Of a stretch of DNA of 64,000 nt, positions 50,481 through 59,385 are shown piece after piece. Location: assembly GCA_036795215.1 (NCBI GenBank), contig DAIRFC010000004.1, forward strand, positions 4,822 to 68,821, read 5' to 3'. The stretch is from Actinomycetota bacterium (lineage in GTDB: Bacteria > Actinomycetota > Thermoleophilia > RBG-16-64-13). The notes beneath the pieces are model-generated. The model searched no databases and was not told where the DNA came from. It was given only the letters and a program-made list of their open reading frames with translations. Numbering within the stretch: the stretch's first letter is position 1; each line of letters begins with the position of its first letter. The position numbers and the translations under genes were made by a program.

Positions 50481-50540
50481 CTTGAGTCTCCTTGATACAC
50501 GCCGGTGCGTCGACGGCCGGCACCGCATATGAGCCACGGT

Positions 50541-50900
50541 CTACCAGTGGCCGTCCACGTCGGCGGCCGGGGCCTGCTCGAGACTTCCCGCCTCGAATCG
50601 GTCGATCGCTTCCGCAACGGTTCCCGCCGGGGCCAGATAGACTTCGACGCCGGCGGCGTTGAGCGCCCTGAAGGCCTTCGGGCCGCAGTGCCCGGTAAGA
50701 AGCACGGTGGCTTCGTTGTCGATGACTCTCTGGGCTGCCTGGATCCCCGCACCCTGTTCGGCGTTCATGCCGGCCAGGTTGTCAACAGGGAGTACGGTCC
50801 GCTCCGGGAGGTCCACCACGAGCAGGTAGTGCGCCCGCCCGAAGCGCTGATCCACAGCGCTCGAAAGATCAGGGCCTGCCGATGTCACGGCTATTCTCAC
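50541..50900 (-). CDS. NifX/NifB-like dinitrogenase FeMo-cofactor-binding family protein (stand-alone)
   Basis: MRIAV.S.G..L.S.VD.RFGRA.Y.L.VD.. and ..VLLTGHCGPKAFRAL..AGVEVY.. pattern. GTG start with AGAGGAG RBS. Confidence 0.7.
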   Translation of the reverse strand: MRIAVTSAGPDLSSAVDQRFGRAHYLLVVDLPERTVLPVDNLAGMNAEQGAGIQAAQRVIDNEATVLLTGHCGPKAFRALNAAGVEVYLAPAGTVAEAIDRFEAGSLEQAPAADVDGHW

Positions 50901-50917
50901 GTCGTTCTCCTCTCTTC

Positions 50918-51481
50918 TCAGGGTGCACGGTAACGGCCGCGCGTCCCACTTCGATCACTCCGTCCACGGCCGCCGCCCGCGCCACCGCCGCCTCCGCACC
51001 CCGGACCCTGGCCGCCTCGCGGGCCTTGTCCCTTCCCTTGGCCTCTTCCTCCTCCACGACCTTGTCCAGCTCCGCGACCTGGACCTCTACCAAGGCCGGA
51101 TGCCGCAGAGCCGTCGCGGCTATCGGTCGGCGGCGTATCAGGTGCGAAGCTTCGTTTGACGTCAAGGGCGAATCCCACCAGACTCAGGAGCCCTGAAAAG
51201 AATCTCTGGGCGGGTGTGATAGAGCTCTGGGCGGGCGCGACAAGGGGAGGTGCAACGTCGGGGATGATGGCCGGCAGTCCGGCCTTCTCCGTGCGAACGG
51301 GAAGCTCGTCAGGCTCCATGATGATAGCGCTCGTGAGACACGCATCCACGCATCGTCCACACGAGGTACAGAGGTTTTCGTCGATGAAGGCGGTGTCACC
51401 GCGCATGGTGATCGCCTCGCGGTTGCAGCTGTCTATGCAGACCCCGCAGCCTGTACAGAGGTTCTCGTCGACGTACACCAT
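50918..51481 (-). CDS. 2x[4Fe-4S] ferredoxin with about 60-aa Gly/Arg-rich C-terminal tail
   Basis: CTGCGVCIDSCNREA and CTSCGRCVDACLTSA motifs. Tail GRGPGRGAGQGRGGGRGQGKGQGPRGGQGPGCGGGGGAGGGRGRS. ATG 51481 with GAGG RBS. Confidence 0.7.
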   Translation of the reverse strand: MVYVDENLCTGCGVCIDSCNREAITMRGDTAFIDENLCTSCGRCVDACLTSAIIMEPDELPVRTEKAGLPAIIPDVAPPLVAPAQSSITPAQRFFSGLLSLVGFALDVKRSFAPDTPPTDSRDGSAASGLGRGPGRGAGQGRGGGRGQGKGQGPRGGQGPGCGGGGGAGGGRGRSDRSGTRGRYRAP

Positions 51482-51540
51482 GTCAGCCTCACATCTATAT
51501 GCAGTTAGCATCTATATGAAAACATCATCAGTTCCCAACG

Positions 51541-52512
51541 TCAAGGGGCCGGCTTATCCGTGGAGCCGGTAGGCGCATAGAAAGTGCGGCCTGCCAGCGT
51601 CTCCGGGCTGATCTGCTTCTCCGCGAGGAGGATGTCCAGGCGCTTCAAGACATCCAGCACGTGCAGGCCAAGCCCGGCCGCGATATCGTCGGCCGTGCAC
51701 GGACGCCTGGCCAGTAGGGCAAGGATGCCGGCATCGTCGGTCGCTCCGGCGGCGTGGTGTTCCGACCTGCTCTTGGTGAAGTCGCAGATGACCTCGACAT
51801 CACGCGAGAACAGGCCTGCGAGGGCGTGCATGCGCTCTTCCGGCAATGCGTGCACGAAGCCCTCGACCGGAGGGCGGCTGGCCGTGTTCAGCTGGACCCG
51901 GGTCGGAGCGATCTGCTCAACCAGCTGCGCGATTTTCTCGACCTGCGAGGGCGTGTCGGTCAAACCTGCCAACAGCATGACTTCCAGCCACACTTGCCCG
52001 TCGAAGCGCCCGGTGAAGGCGGCGAGCCCGTCGACCATGAGATCGAAGGAGATCGACGGGTCGGGACGGTTGACCTGCTCGAACATCTCCGCGTCACCAG
52101 CGTCGAGCGACGGGAGTACCAAGTCTGCCTCCGAGAGCTCTTCCTGTACTTCTTCCATCCACAACAGCGAACCGTTGGTGATCATCGCCACAGGAATGTC
52201 GGTCATCCCTTTGATGAGCCGGATGAGCCGGCCGATCCCGGAATGCAGCGTGGGCTCGCCCGACCCGGCAAGGCTTATGTAGTCGGGAGTGTCTCCCGCC
52301 GCCAGATGGCGCGCGATCCCGGCCTGCACCGCGTCGACAGGGACGTATTCGCGTCGCTCGGTCGTCTTGTTGGTCGTACGCCCAAGCTGGCAGTAGACGC
52401 AATCGTAGGTGCACGTCTTATAGGGTACGAGGTCTACGCCCAGTGACCGGCCCAGCCGCCTTGACGGGACCGGTCCGTAGATGTAGTCGTCGACGTGTTG
52501 TGTCGTGCTCAC
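51541..52512 (-). CDS. radical SAM protein (subfamily not assignable)
   Basis: CxxxCxxC motif CTYDCVYC preceded by YGPVPSRRLGRSLGVDL. GTG 52512 (GGGAGAGG RBS) overlaps the TAG stop of the upstream CoADR gene by 1 nt. Confidence 0.7.
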   Translation of the reverse strand: MSTTQHVDDYIYGPVPSRRLGRSLGVDLVPYKTCTYDCVYCQLGRTTNKTTERREYVPVDAVQAGIARHLAAGDTPDYISLAGSGEPTLHSGIGRLIRLIKGMTDIPVAMITNGSLLWMEEVQEELSEADLVLPSLDAGDAEMFEQVNRPDPSISFDLMVDGLAAFTGRFDGQVWLEVMLLAGLTDTPSQVEKIAQLVEQIAPTRVQLNTASRPPVEGFVHALPEERMHALAGLFSRDVEVICDFTKSRSEHHAAGATDDAGILALLARRPCTADDIAAGLGLHVLDVLKRLDILLAEKQISPETLAGRTFYAPTGSTDKPAP

Positions 52513-54209
52513 TACCTCTCCCGGGAGTACGGCCAGGCCATGATGCCACCCTCCATGACCCGCACGTTCTTCCAACCATTCGCCTCGAGAACCAGCGCGG
52601 CTTCGTAACCTCGCAGGGAGATCTTGCAGAAGCAGATGATCTCGGCGTCTTTGTCCTCGGGTAGTTCGTGCAGGCGTTTACGCAATGCACCAAGCGGTAT
52701 CAGCGTCTCGCCGATACCCAACCGCATGGCCTCGAACTCGTCGGGATTGCGTACGTCAAGAAGGAAAACGGGCGCCTTCGAATCGATCTTGCTCTTGACC
52801 TCGACCGATGAGATGCCCTTGAGCCGGCCTTTCAACTTGTTTTGCATCAGGTGGGCCGTAGCGATGAAGTGGTCTATGGCCAGCGAGAACGGTGGCGCGT
52901 ACGGTAGGTCGGAGTTGACGAGGTCTTCGACCGTGAGCCCGCCCTGGATAGCCATGGCCCACTGCGCGATCTGTTTAGATACCGCGCCTGGGCCGACACA
53001 CTGGGCGCCCAATACACGTCCGGTGGAGCGGTCGGCGATCATCTTGGTGACCAACAGCTTGCCTTCCATGAAGCCCGGTTTGTCAGGGCTTGCGTTGATC
53101 ACGGTCATGATGTCATCAAAGCCGTTGGCGCGGGCTGTGCGCTCGGAAAGCCCCGTGGTGCCCGCGGCGTAGTCGAATATCTTGCAGATGCCGGTGCCGA
53201 TACTCCCTGGGAAGGTCACGGTGTTGCCGAGCACGGCGTTCTCGCCGGCCACGCGTCCCTCGAGATTCGCCAAGTCTCCGTAGGGGGCGTGCACCTGCTT
53301 GCCGGTGATCAGGTTCTTGATCTCCACGCAGTCGCCGGCCGCGTAGATACTGGGGTCAGACGTCTGCATGTACTCGTTGACGACGATGCCCCCGGTAGCG
53401 CCGATGTCCAGGCCCGTTTCGCGCGCCAGCTTGCTGTTCGGCTTCACGCCGATGGCGATCACAGCGAGCTCGCAAGGGAGCTCGGTCCCGTTGGCCAGCT
53501 TGACTCCCACCAGCTTGCCGTTCTCACCCAGGAAAGCCGCCAGGCCGTTGTCGGTGAAGACGTTGATCGACTGGCCCAAGTGCATCTCGATGAGCTTGGC
53601 CATCTCCCAGTCGAGAAAGGTGAGCAGCTGAGGCAGGAGCTCGACCACGGACATCTCGATACCGGCCAGATGCAGCGCCTCGCATGTCTCGATGCCGATA
53701 AGACCGCCGCCGATGACCACCGCCTTCGTGATGGTCTTGTCGTCGCGTATCTTGCGCAGATAATCGGCATCGCGGATGGTCTGAAGAGTCGTGATGCCCT
53801 CAAGGTCGCTTCCAGGCACCGGTGGGATGTTGGGGAGCGCGCCGGTCGCCAAGACCAGCGAGTCATACGGAACCTCGTCGGTCGCGCCGGTTCTGAGATC
53901 GCGGCAGAGCACGGTCTTCTTCGTCCGGTCGATGGAGAGCGCCTCGGTCTCGGTACGTGCCACGACGTTCTTGGCGTTCATATAGTAGATGGGGTCGCGG
54001 ACAACTCCGGTCGCGCTACAGAGCAGCGCATTGCGGTCGTCGAAGAAACCGCCCACATAGTAGGGGTAACCGCACGAAGCCATCGAGAGCTCAGGGATCT
54101 TCTGTATGAGAGTGATCTCCGCGTTCTCGTCGATGCGCCTGGCTTTCGCGGCGGCCTTGGGGCCGGCCGCAGAACCGCCGATGACTACTATCTTCTTTCG
54201 GTCGCTCAT
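52512..54209 (-). CDS. CoA-disulfide reductase / NAD(P)H-dependent persulfide reductase-like flavoprotein with C-terminal rhodanese domain
   Basis: FAD motif IVVIGGSAAGPKAA. CoADR-type active Cys (SMASCGYPYYVGG). Second NAD(P)H Rossmann. C-terminal rhodanese with catalytic loop CFCKISLRG. ATG 54209 with AAGGA RBS. Confidence 0.8.
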   Translation of the reverse strand: MSDRKKIVVIGGSAAGPKAAAKARRIDENAEITLIQKIPELSMASCGYPYYVGGFFDDRNALLCSATGVVRDPIYYMNAKNVVARTETEALSIDRTKKTVLCRDLRTGATDEVPYDSLVLATGALPNIPPVPGSDLEGITTLQTIRDADYLRKIRDDKTITKAVVIGGGLIGIETCEALHLAGIEMSVVELLPQLLTFLDWEMAKLIEMHLGQSINVFTDNGLAAFLGENGKLVGVKLANGTELPCELAVIAIGVKPNSKLARETGLDIGATGGIVVNEYMQTSDPSIYAAGDCVEIKNLITGKQVHAPYGDLANLEGRVAGENAVLGNTVTFPGSIGTGICKIFDYAAGTTGLSERTARANGFDDIMTVINASPDKPGFMEGKLLVTKMIADRSTGRVLGAQCVGPGAVSKQIAQWAMAIQGGLTVEDLVNSDLPYAPPFSLAIDHFIATAHLMQNKLKGRLKGISSVEVKSKIDSKAPVFLLDVRNPDEFEAMRLGIGETLIPLGALRKRLHELPEDKDAEIICFCKISLRGYEAALVLEANGWKNVRVMEGGIMAWPYSRER

Positions 54210-54323
54210 GTGAGGTCCTTTCGTCATGGAAATTCATTACAGCCGGTACCCCGTTTTGCGCAAATGTACTACTATCTAGATGCAGTTACCAGTTAGATTA
54301 TCTCCGCACCTATGGAGGCTCCT

Positions 54324-55067
54324 ATGATCATCGACGATCTGCGAGACTACCTCGCGTCCGCCTTTGCCGAGCAGCGTCTGGCCGATGTCCGCATAGGCCT
54401 GGGCTACACGGCCGTGATGCTTGAAGACGGCAACGTGGGTGTCGCCTATACGGCAAGAGAGAACGCCTCTCCCGGGTGCTCGGTCTTCATGGGGCGGCGG
54501 CCCCTGGTCGGCAGGAGCACCACGGAGATCCTGGAATACCTGGGGTCTGACGACGGAGTGGAGCGTACTGTGGGCTTGGCTGTCGGCAACGCGCTCGCGA
54601 ACAGGCCGGGAGCGGGGCAGCAGGCGGGGGATATCCTCGAGACCCTCTCCGTTGGTTTTCTCGACCGGGTGGGCATGGTCGGCTTCTTCGGTCCTCTCGT
54701 GTCTCCTATCGAGAAACGCGCCCGCGAACTGGTCATCTTCGAGCGCACCATGACCCGCTCAGAACGCGTACTACCGGCGGAGAAGGCTCTCGAAGAGCTG
54801 CCCCGGTGTGACGTTGCGGTGATCACCTCCACGGCGTTCATCTTCGGCGGCATGGATGGTCTGCTCGAGGCGGCCTCGTCGTGTCGGGATGTGGCGCTGG
54901 TCGGAGCTTCGACCCCGCTCGTGCCCGATTTCTTTGCGCCGCTGGGAGTCAAGCTCCTCTCCGGCATCACCGTCACCGATCCGTCCAGCATCCTGCAGAT
55001 CGTGAGCGAGGGCGGCGGGATGGGGTTCTTTGGGCGGCACATAAAGAAGGTGAACATGCGGCTCTGA
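54324..55067 (+). CDS. DUF4213/DUF364 (putative heavy-metal chelation, Rossmann-like) domain protein
   Basis: Typical DUF4213 N-terminus (..VRIGLGYTAVMLEDGNVGVAYT..) and DUF364 C-terminus (..DVAVITSTAFIFGGMDGLLE..). Start moved to ATG 54324 (GGAGG 5 nt upstream). Confidence 0.65.
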   Translation: MIIDDLRDYLASAFAEQRLADVRIGLGYTAVMLEDGNVGVAYTARENASPGCSVFMGRRPLVGRSTTEILEYLGSDDGVERTVGLAVGNALANRPGAGQQAGDILETLSVGFLDRVGMVGFFGPLVSPIEKRARELVIFERTMTRSERVLPAEKALEELPRCDVAVITSTAFIFGGMDGLLEAASSCRDVALVGASTPLVPDFFAPLGVKLLSGITVTDPSSILQIVSEGGGMGFFGRHIKKVNMRL

Positions 55068-55201
55068 GACGTCCCAGTTGGGATACAGAATGCCCTGAAG
55101 AACTTGACTGGCGGCGGCGCCTCGTGATACATCTATATATCTAGATGAAGCGGGCCTGTCTAGGTTATCGATTCCAGGGCTACGTATCTACAAGGAGCAC
55201 G

Positions 55202-56446
55202 ATGGTCTCATCGTCGGGGGGTCTGGCCGAGGAGCGTCGCAAGCGGTTCGATGACGCCATCCGTCTTGACGTACCCGATAGAGTGCCGCTTGAGATCAAC
55301 TTCGGCTACTTTCCAGCCAAGTACTGTGGCATCAGTTACTCGGCGTCCTATTACGACTACGACGCATGGCTGTCGGCGTGCAAGAAGACCGTGCTCGACT
55401 ATGGCGCTGATATCAGCAGCGTGCAGCAGTTCTTCCCCGGGGTCATCCTGGAACAGATCGATCCTCACGTCATAAGATGGCCGGGCCGGGGCGGTTCGCC
55501 CATTCAGTCTCACCAGATAATCGACGGCGAGTACATGCTCGAAACCGAGTATCCCCACCTCATCGCCGACCCTACCGACTTCGTGTTCCGGCGTTACATG
55601 CCACGCATGTCTGGGGCCATGAAGGCGTTCGCCTCGGCTCCACCTCTGCCCGCCGCGGAGATGGGCCATCGTACCGTTCTTGGCTTGGCCGAAATACTGA
55701 CCGCTCCTGAGTTGGCGCCCACCATCGAGAAGCTTCAGAGCATCGGACGGGAGTATCGCGAATGGAGTCCCAAGCTGGCTGCCTTCAACCAGGAGATCGA
55801 AGATCTGGGCTTTCCTCCCCTGGCCGACCGTCTGACGTTGGCTCCCTACGATGTGATAGCGGACAACCTCCGGGGTATGCGGGGCACCATGATGGATCTG
55901 TACAGACGCCCCGACGAACTGGCCGACGCGTGCAGGACTGTTCTGAAGGTCGTGCTCGATCGCATCGGCGGGCCGGTCGAGGGCGGAGTGAACAGGGTGG
56001 CCATCCCGTTGCACTTCGGCTCGGAGGGCTTCTGTTCTCGCGAGCAGTTTGAGACTGTCTACTGGCCTACCCTTAGAGATCTGATCCTGGGGCTCATCGA
56101 TAAGGGCCTCACACCTCTTGTCATGACAGAAGGCGATTACACCTCCCGGCTCGAGTATTTGCTGGAGATACCGAAAGGGAAGGCCTTCGTGCACTTCGAC
56201 AGCACCGACATGTTCAGGGCCAAGGATGTCCTTGGCGGGCACCTGTGCATCAGTGGGAACGTACCGGTGTCGATCCTTCTCGGAGGGACGCCCGACGAGG
56301 TGAGAGAGGTGGCCAAGAAGCTCATCGATCACTGCGGTCGCGACGGTGGGTTCGTCATGTCTACGCGCACCCCGGTGGACGACGCGCGGCCCGACAACCT
56401 GAAGGCGTTGATAGACTTTACTGTAGAGTATGGCGCATATGCCTGA
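55202..56446 (+). CDS. uroporphyrinogen-decarboxylase (URO-D)-like / MtaA-CmuA-type methyltransferase family protein
   Basis: TIM-barrel URO-D family pattern over about 415 aa. ATG 55202 with AAGGAG RBS. Confidence 0.6.
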   Translation: MVSSSGGLAEERRKRFDDAIRLDVPDRVPLEINFGYFPAKYCGISYSASYYDYDAWLSACKKTVLDYGADISSVQQFFPGVILEQIDPHVIRWPGRGGSPIQSHQIIDGEYMLETEYPHLIADPTDFVFRRYMPRMSGAMKAFASAPPLPAAEMGHRTVLGLAEILTAPELAPTIEKLQSIGREYREWSPKLAAFNQEIEDLGFPPLADRLTLAPYDVIADNLRGMRGTMMDLYRRPDELADACRTVLKVVLDRIGGPVEGGVNRVAIPLHFGSEGFCSREQFETVYWPTLRDLILGLIDKGLTPLVMTEGDYTSRLEYLLEIPKGKAFVHFDSTDMFRAKDVLGGHLCISGNVPVSILLGGTPDEVREVAKKLIDHCGRDGGFVMSTRTPVDDARPDNLKALIDFTVEYGAYA

Positions 56447-56499
56447 CGGACTGCTACAGTGCGGCTGAACTCTGGCCCCGCGGCTTTGGGAGACGCGAG

Positions 56500-57459
56500 A
56501 TGACTTCCTACATAATCCGGCGAGTCCTCTGGGGAGTGTTGGTCCTATTCCTCGTGTCGGTGATCGTGTTCTTCTCGGTCCGTCTGCTGCCGGGCGATCC
56601 GGTGCTCATGTTCGTGGCGCAGCAGTCAAGCGGTTCGGGGATGACCGAGGAGCATCTCGAGAAACTGCGGATAGAGCATGGCTTGGACAAGCCGGTCGTG
56701 GTGCAGTTCGGAAACTGGATCAAGGGGATCGTCACCGGAGACCTGGGCAAATCGATTCGCTACAGGACGGATGTTGCTTCACTGCTCACGGACTTTTTAC
56801 CTGTGACGCTCATCTTGGGCTTGATTTCTGTTGTCCTCAGTACCGTCTTGGGGGTCTTTCTGGGGTTGATGGCCGCCATACGACGAAGTACGTGGGTCGA
56901 CACGGTGGTGACCATCATCTCGTACATAGGGCTTGTCATCCCCGTCTTCATGTTGGGCTTCATCCTGATCTACGTGTTCGGGCTCAAGTTGGGTTGGCTG
57001 CCTATCGCCGGCTACAAGCTCCCGTGGGTGGACTTCGGGGCCAGCGTGAAATACAGCGTCATGCCCGTGGCGTGTCTGGCCGTGACGCCTTTGGCCGTCA
57101 CGGCTCGCCAGATGAGGTCGAGCGTGCTCGAGGTCAACAACATGGACTACGTGCGCACCGCGTGGTCGAAGGGTCTTAGGGAGCGGCTCGTGGTCACCAG
57201 ACATATCCTCAAGAACAGCCTCGTACCGGTTATCACGCTTCTAGGTATCAGCATCGGCATCATCTTCGGTGGGTCGGTCATTGTCGAGAGCATGTTTGCC
57301 ATCCCCGGCATGGGCCGGCTCCTCGTGCAGAGCGTGTTCAACCTCGACTACGTAGTCATCCAGGGCGGCACTCTCATCATCGCCGCTATGATCATTCTGG
57401 TGAACCTGATAGTCGATATCTCGTACGGTTGGTTCGACCCGAGGATCCGCTATGAGTGA
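56500..57459 (+). CDS. ABC transporter permease (DppB/OppB-type)
   Basis: N-terminus MTSYIIRRVLWGVLVLFL.., six TM helices and an EAA-like loop (..YVRTAWSKGL..). Confidence 0.85.
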   Translation: MTSYIIRRVLWGVLVLFLVSVIVFFSVRLLPGDPVLMFVAQQSSGSGMTEEHLEKLRIEHGLDKPVVVQFGNWIKGIVTGDLGKSIRYRTDVASLLTDFLPVTLILGLISVVLSTVLGVFLGLMAAIRRSTWVDTVVTIISYIGLVIPVFMLGFILIYVFGLKLGWLPIAGYKLPWVDFGASVKYSVMPVACLAVTPLAVTARQMRSSVLEVNNMDYVRTAWSKGLRERLVVTRHILKNSLVPVITLLGISIGIIFGGSVIVESMFAIPGMGRLLVQSVFNLDYVVIQGGTLIIAAMIILVNLIVDISYGWFDPRIRYE

Positions 57460-58348
57460 TATCTCCACCGTCCAAGAACCCGAGGTCACCGTTCCCCCAC
57501 GCATAAGCGAGTGGAAGCGTTTCCGCCGCATCTTCTTCCAGCGCAAGTTGGTGACGTTCGGGCTCGTCGTTCTGGTGATCCTGGTGTTGGTGGCGATCTT
57601 CGCCCCCCTCATCGCTCCTAGCGACCCATACAAGAACGAGATGTCGCAGTCTTTGCAGGATCCGAGTTGGAACCACCTCCTCGGTACCGACAACCTTGGC
57701 CGGGACACGCTCAGTCGCCTGATCTATGGGGCGAGGACCGCGCTTTACGTAGGTTTCGGAACGGTGCTCGTATCGGCCGTGATCGGCATGATCCTCGGAC
57801 TGCTCGCCGGCTACCTTGGCGGTGTCGTCAACGGAATCATCATGCGTGTCATGGACGCCTTGATGGGTTTCCCGATGCTCGTTCTCGCCTTGTTGCTGGC
57901 CGCGGTGCTCGGGGGAGGTCTTCAGAATGTCGTCATTGCTCTGGCCATCGCGACTTTGCCCGGCTACGTCCGGTTGATGTGCGCCGAGACCATGAGTGTG
58001 AAAGAGAACGAATACATCTTGGCTCAACGCGCTATCGGCGCGAAGGGTTTTCGCACGATGATGAAACACGTGTTGCCCAACGCCTTCCAGCCGAGCTTGG
58101 TCTTGATCACCACCATGTTGGGGAATGTAATCCTGGCGGAAGCCGGCCTCAGTTTCATCGGCATCGGTATCCAGCCGCCCGGGGTGGCATGGGGCAGTAT
58201 GGCCGCCGACGGCTATAGGTCTCTGGCCTCTCATCCGTTGCTCTCGTTCTCACCGTCGATAGCCATCATGATCGTGGTGTTCGCATTCAACATGGTCGGC
58301 GACGGTCTCCGCGATGCACTCGACCCGAAACTCAGGGGTACGCTGTGA
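57452..58348 (+). CDS. ABC transporter permease (DppC/OppC-type)
   Basis: Six TM helices. Conserved ..LGTDNLGRD.. N-terminal motif of OppC/DppC. Overlaps neighbouring genes. Confidence 0.85.
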   Translation: MSDISTVQEPEVTVPPRISEWKRFRRIFFQRKLVTFGLVVLVILVLVAIFAPLIAPSDPYKNEMSQSLQDPSWNHLLGTDNLGRDTLSRLIYGARTALYVGFGTVLVSAVIGMILGLLAGYLGGVVNGIIMRVMDALMGFPMLVLALLLAAVLGGGLQNVVIALAIATLPGYVRLMCAETMSVKENEYILAQRAIGAKGFRTMMKHVLPNAFQPSLVLITTMLGNVILAEAGLSFIGIGIQPPGVAWGSMAADGYRSLASHPLLSFSPSIAIMIVVFAFNMVGDGLRDALDPKLRGTL

Positions 58349-59385
58349 GCACCCAGACAGGAATCCAGACACCCGCGTGCGACATAAGGCCGGCCGGCGA
58401 ATTGCTGCGCGTGAACGACCTTCAGACCGAGTTCAAGGTGGAAGGGGGCATAGTCCACGCGGTGAATGGGGTGTCTTACACGGTCAATGAGAGGGAGATC
58501 GTGGGCATCGTGGGCGAGAGCGGTTGCGGCAAGTCGGTCTCCCAGTTGTCGGTCATCCAGCTCATCCGGAGACCCGGCCGGATCGTCGGAGGTGAGGTCT
58601 GGTTCGAAGGCGACAATCTGCTGAAGTACGATTCCAAGGGCGCTGAGATGCGCGCCATCCGTGGTGCGAAGATCGGCATGATCTTTCAAGAGCCCATGAC
58701 CTCGTTGAACCCGGTTCTGACGATCGGCCGCCAGTTGACCGAGTCGCTCGAGTTGCACTTGGATATGAAGAGGAAGGAATCAAGGAAGAGAGCCGCGGAG
58801 CTACTGAACCTGGTAGGTATTCCAAGTGCCGAGACGCGGTTGGACGACTATCCCCACCAGTTCAGCGGTGGCATGAGGCAGCGGGTCATGATCGCCATAG
58901 GAGTAGCGTGCCAGCCCAGGATGCTCATCGCCGATGAACCTACCACGGCGCTGGACTGTACCACCCAGGCGCAGTTACTCGAGCTGATGCTCTCGATGAT
59001 CGAGGGCTGCCGTGGGTCGTTGGTGTTGGTTACGCACAACCTTGGAGTGGTGGCCCGGTACGCCAATCGCATCTACATCATGTACGCAGGCAAGATCGTC
59101 GAACAGGGACTCTGCCGGGATATCTTCTACCGGCCGCAGCACCCTTATACCGTTGGTCTCTTGAACAGCGTCCCGCGTCTGGACGAGGAGCGGGGCAGGC
59201 GCTTGGTGCCCATCGAGGGCACGCCGCCCAATCTCATCGGTATGCCCGACAGGTGCGCGTTCTATCCTCGCTGCCCCGAACGGGGTGAGCAGTGCCGTCT
59301 GCAGCCCTGGCCCGAACTTGAGCCAGTGGAGGGCGAAGGGCACATGGCGCGTTGCTACATGCGCGCGGGGAGGGCCGAAGAATGA
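58345..59385 (+). CDS. ABC transporter ATP-binding protein (OppD/DppD-type)
   Basis: Walker A GESGCGKS, signature LSGGMRQRV, Walker [14 protein letters not shown]-terminal oligopeptide-transporter extension. Confidence 0.85.
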   Translation: MSTQTGIQTPACDIRPAGELLRVNDLQTEFKVEGGIVHAVNGVSYTVNEREIVGIVGESGCGKSVSQLSVIQLIRRPGRIVGGEVWFEGDNLLKYDSKGAEMRAIRGAKIGMIFQEPMTSLNPVLTIGRQLTESLELHLDMKRKESRKRAAELLNLVGIPSAETRLDDYPHQFSGGMRQRVMIAIGVACQPRMLIADEPTTALDCTTQAQLLELMLSMIEGCRGSLVLVTHNLGVVARYANRIYIMYAGKIVEQGLCRDIFYRPQHPYTVGLLNSVPRLDEERGRRLVPIEGTPPNLIGMPDRCAFYPRCPERGEQCRLQPWPELEPVEGEGHMARCYMRAGRAEE

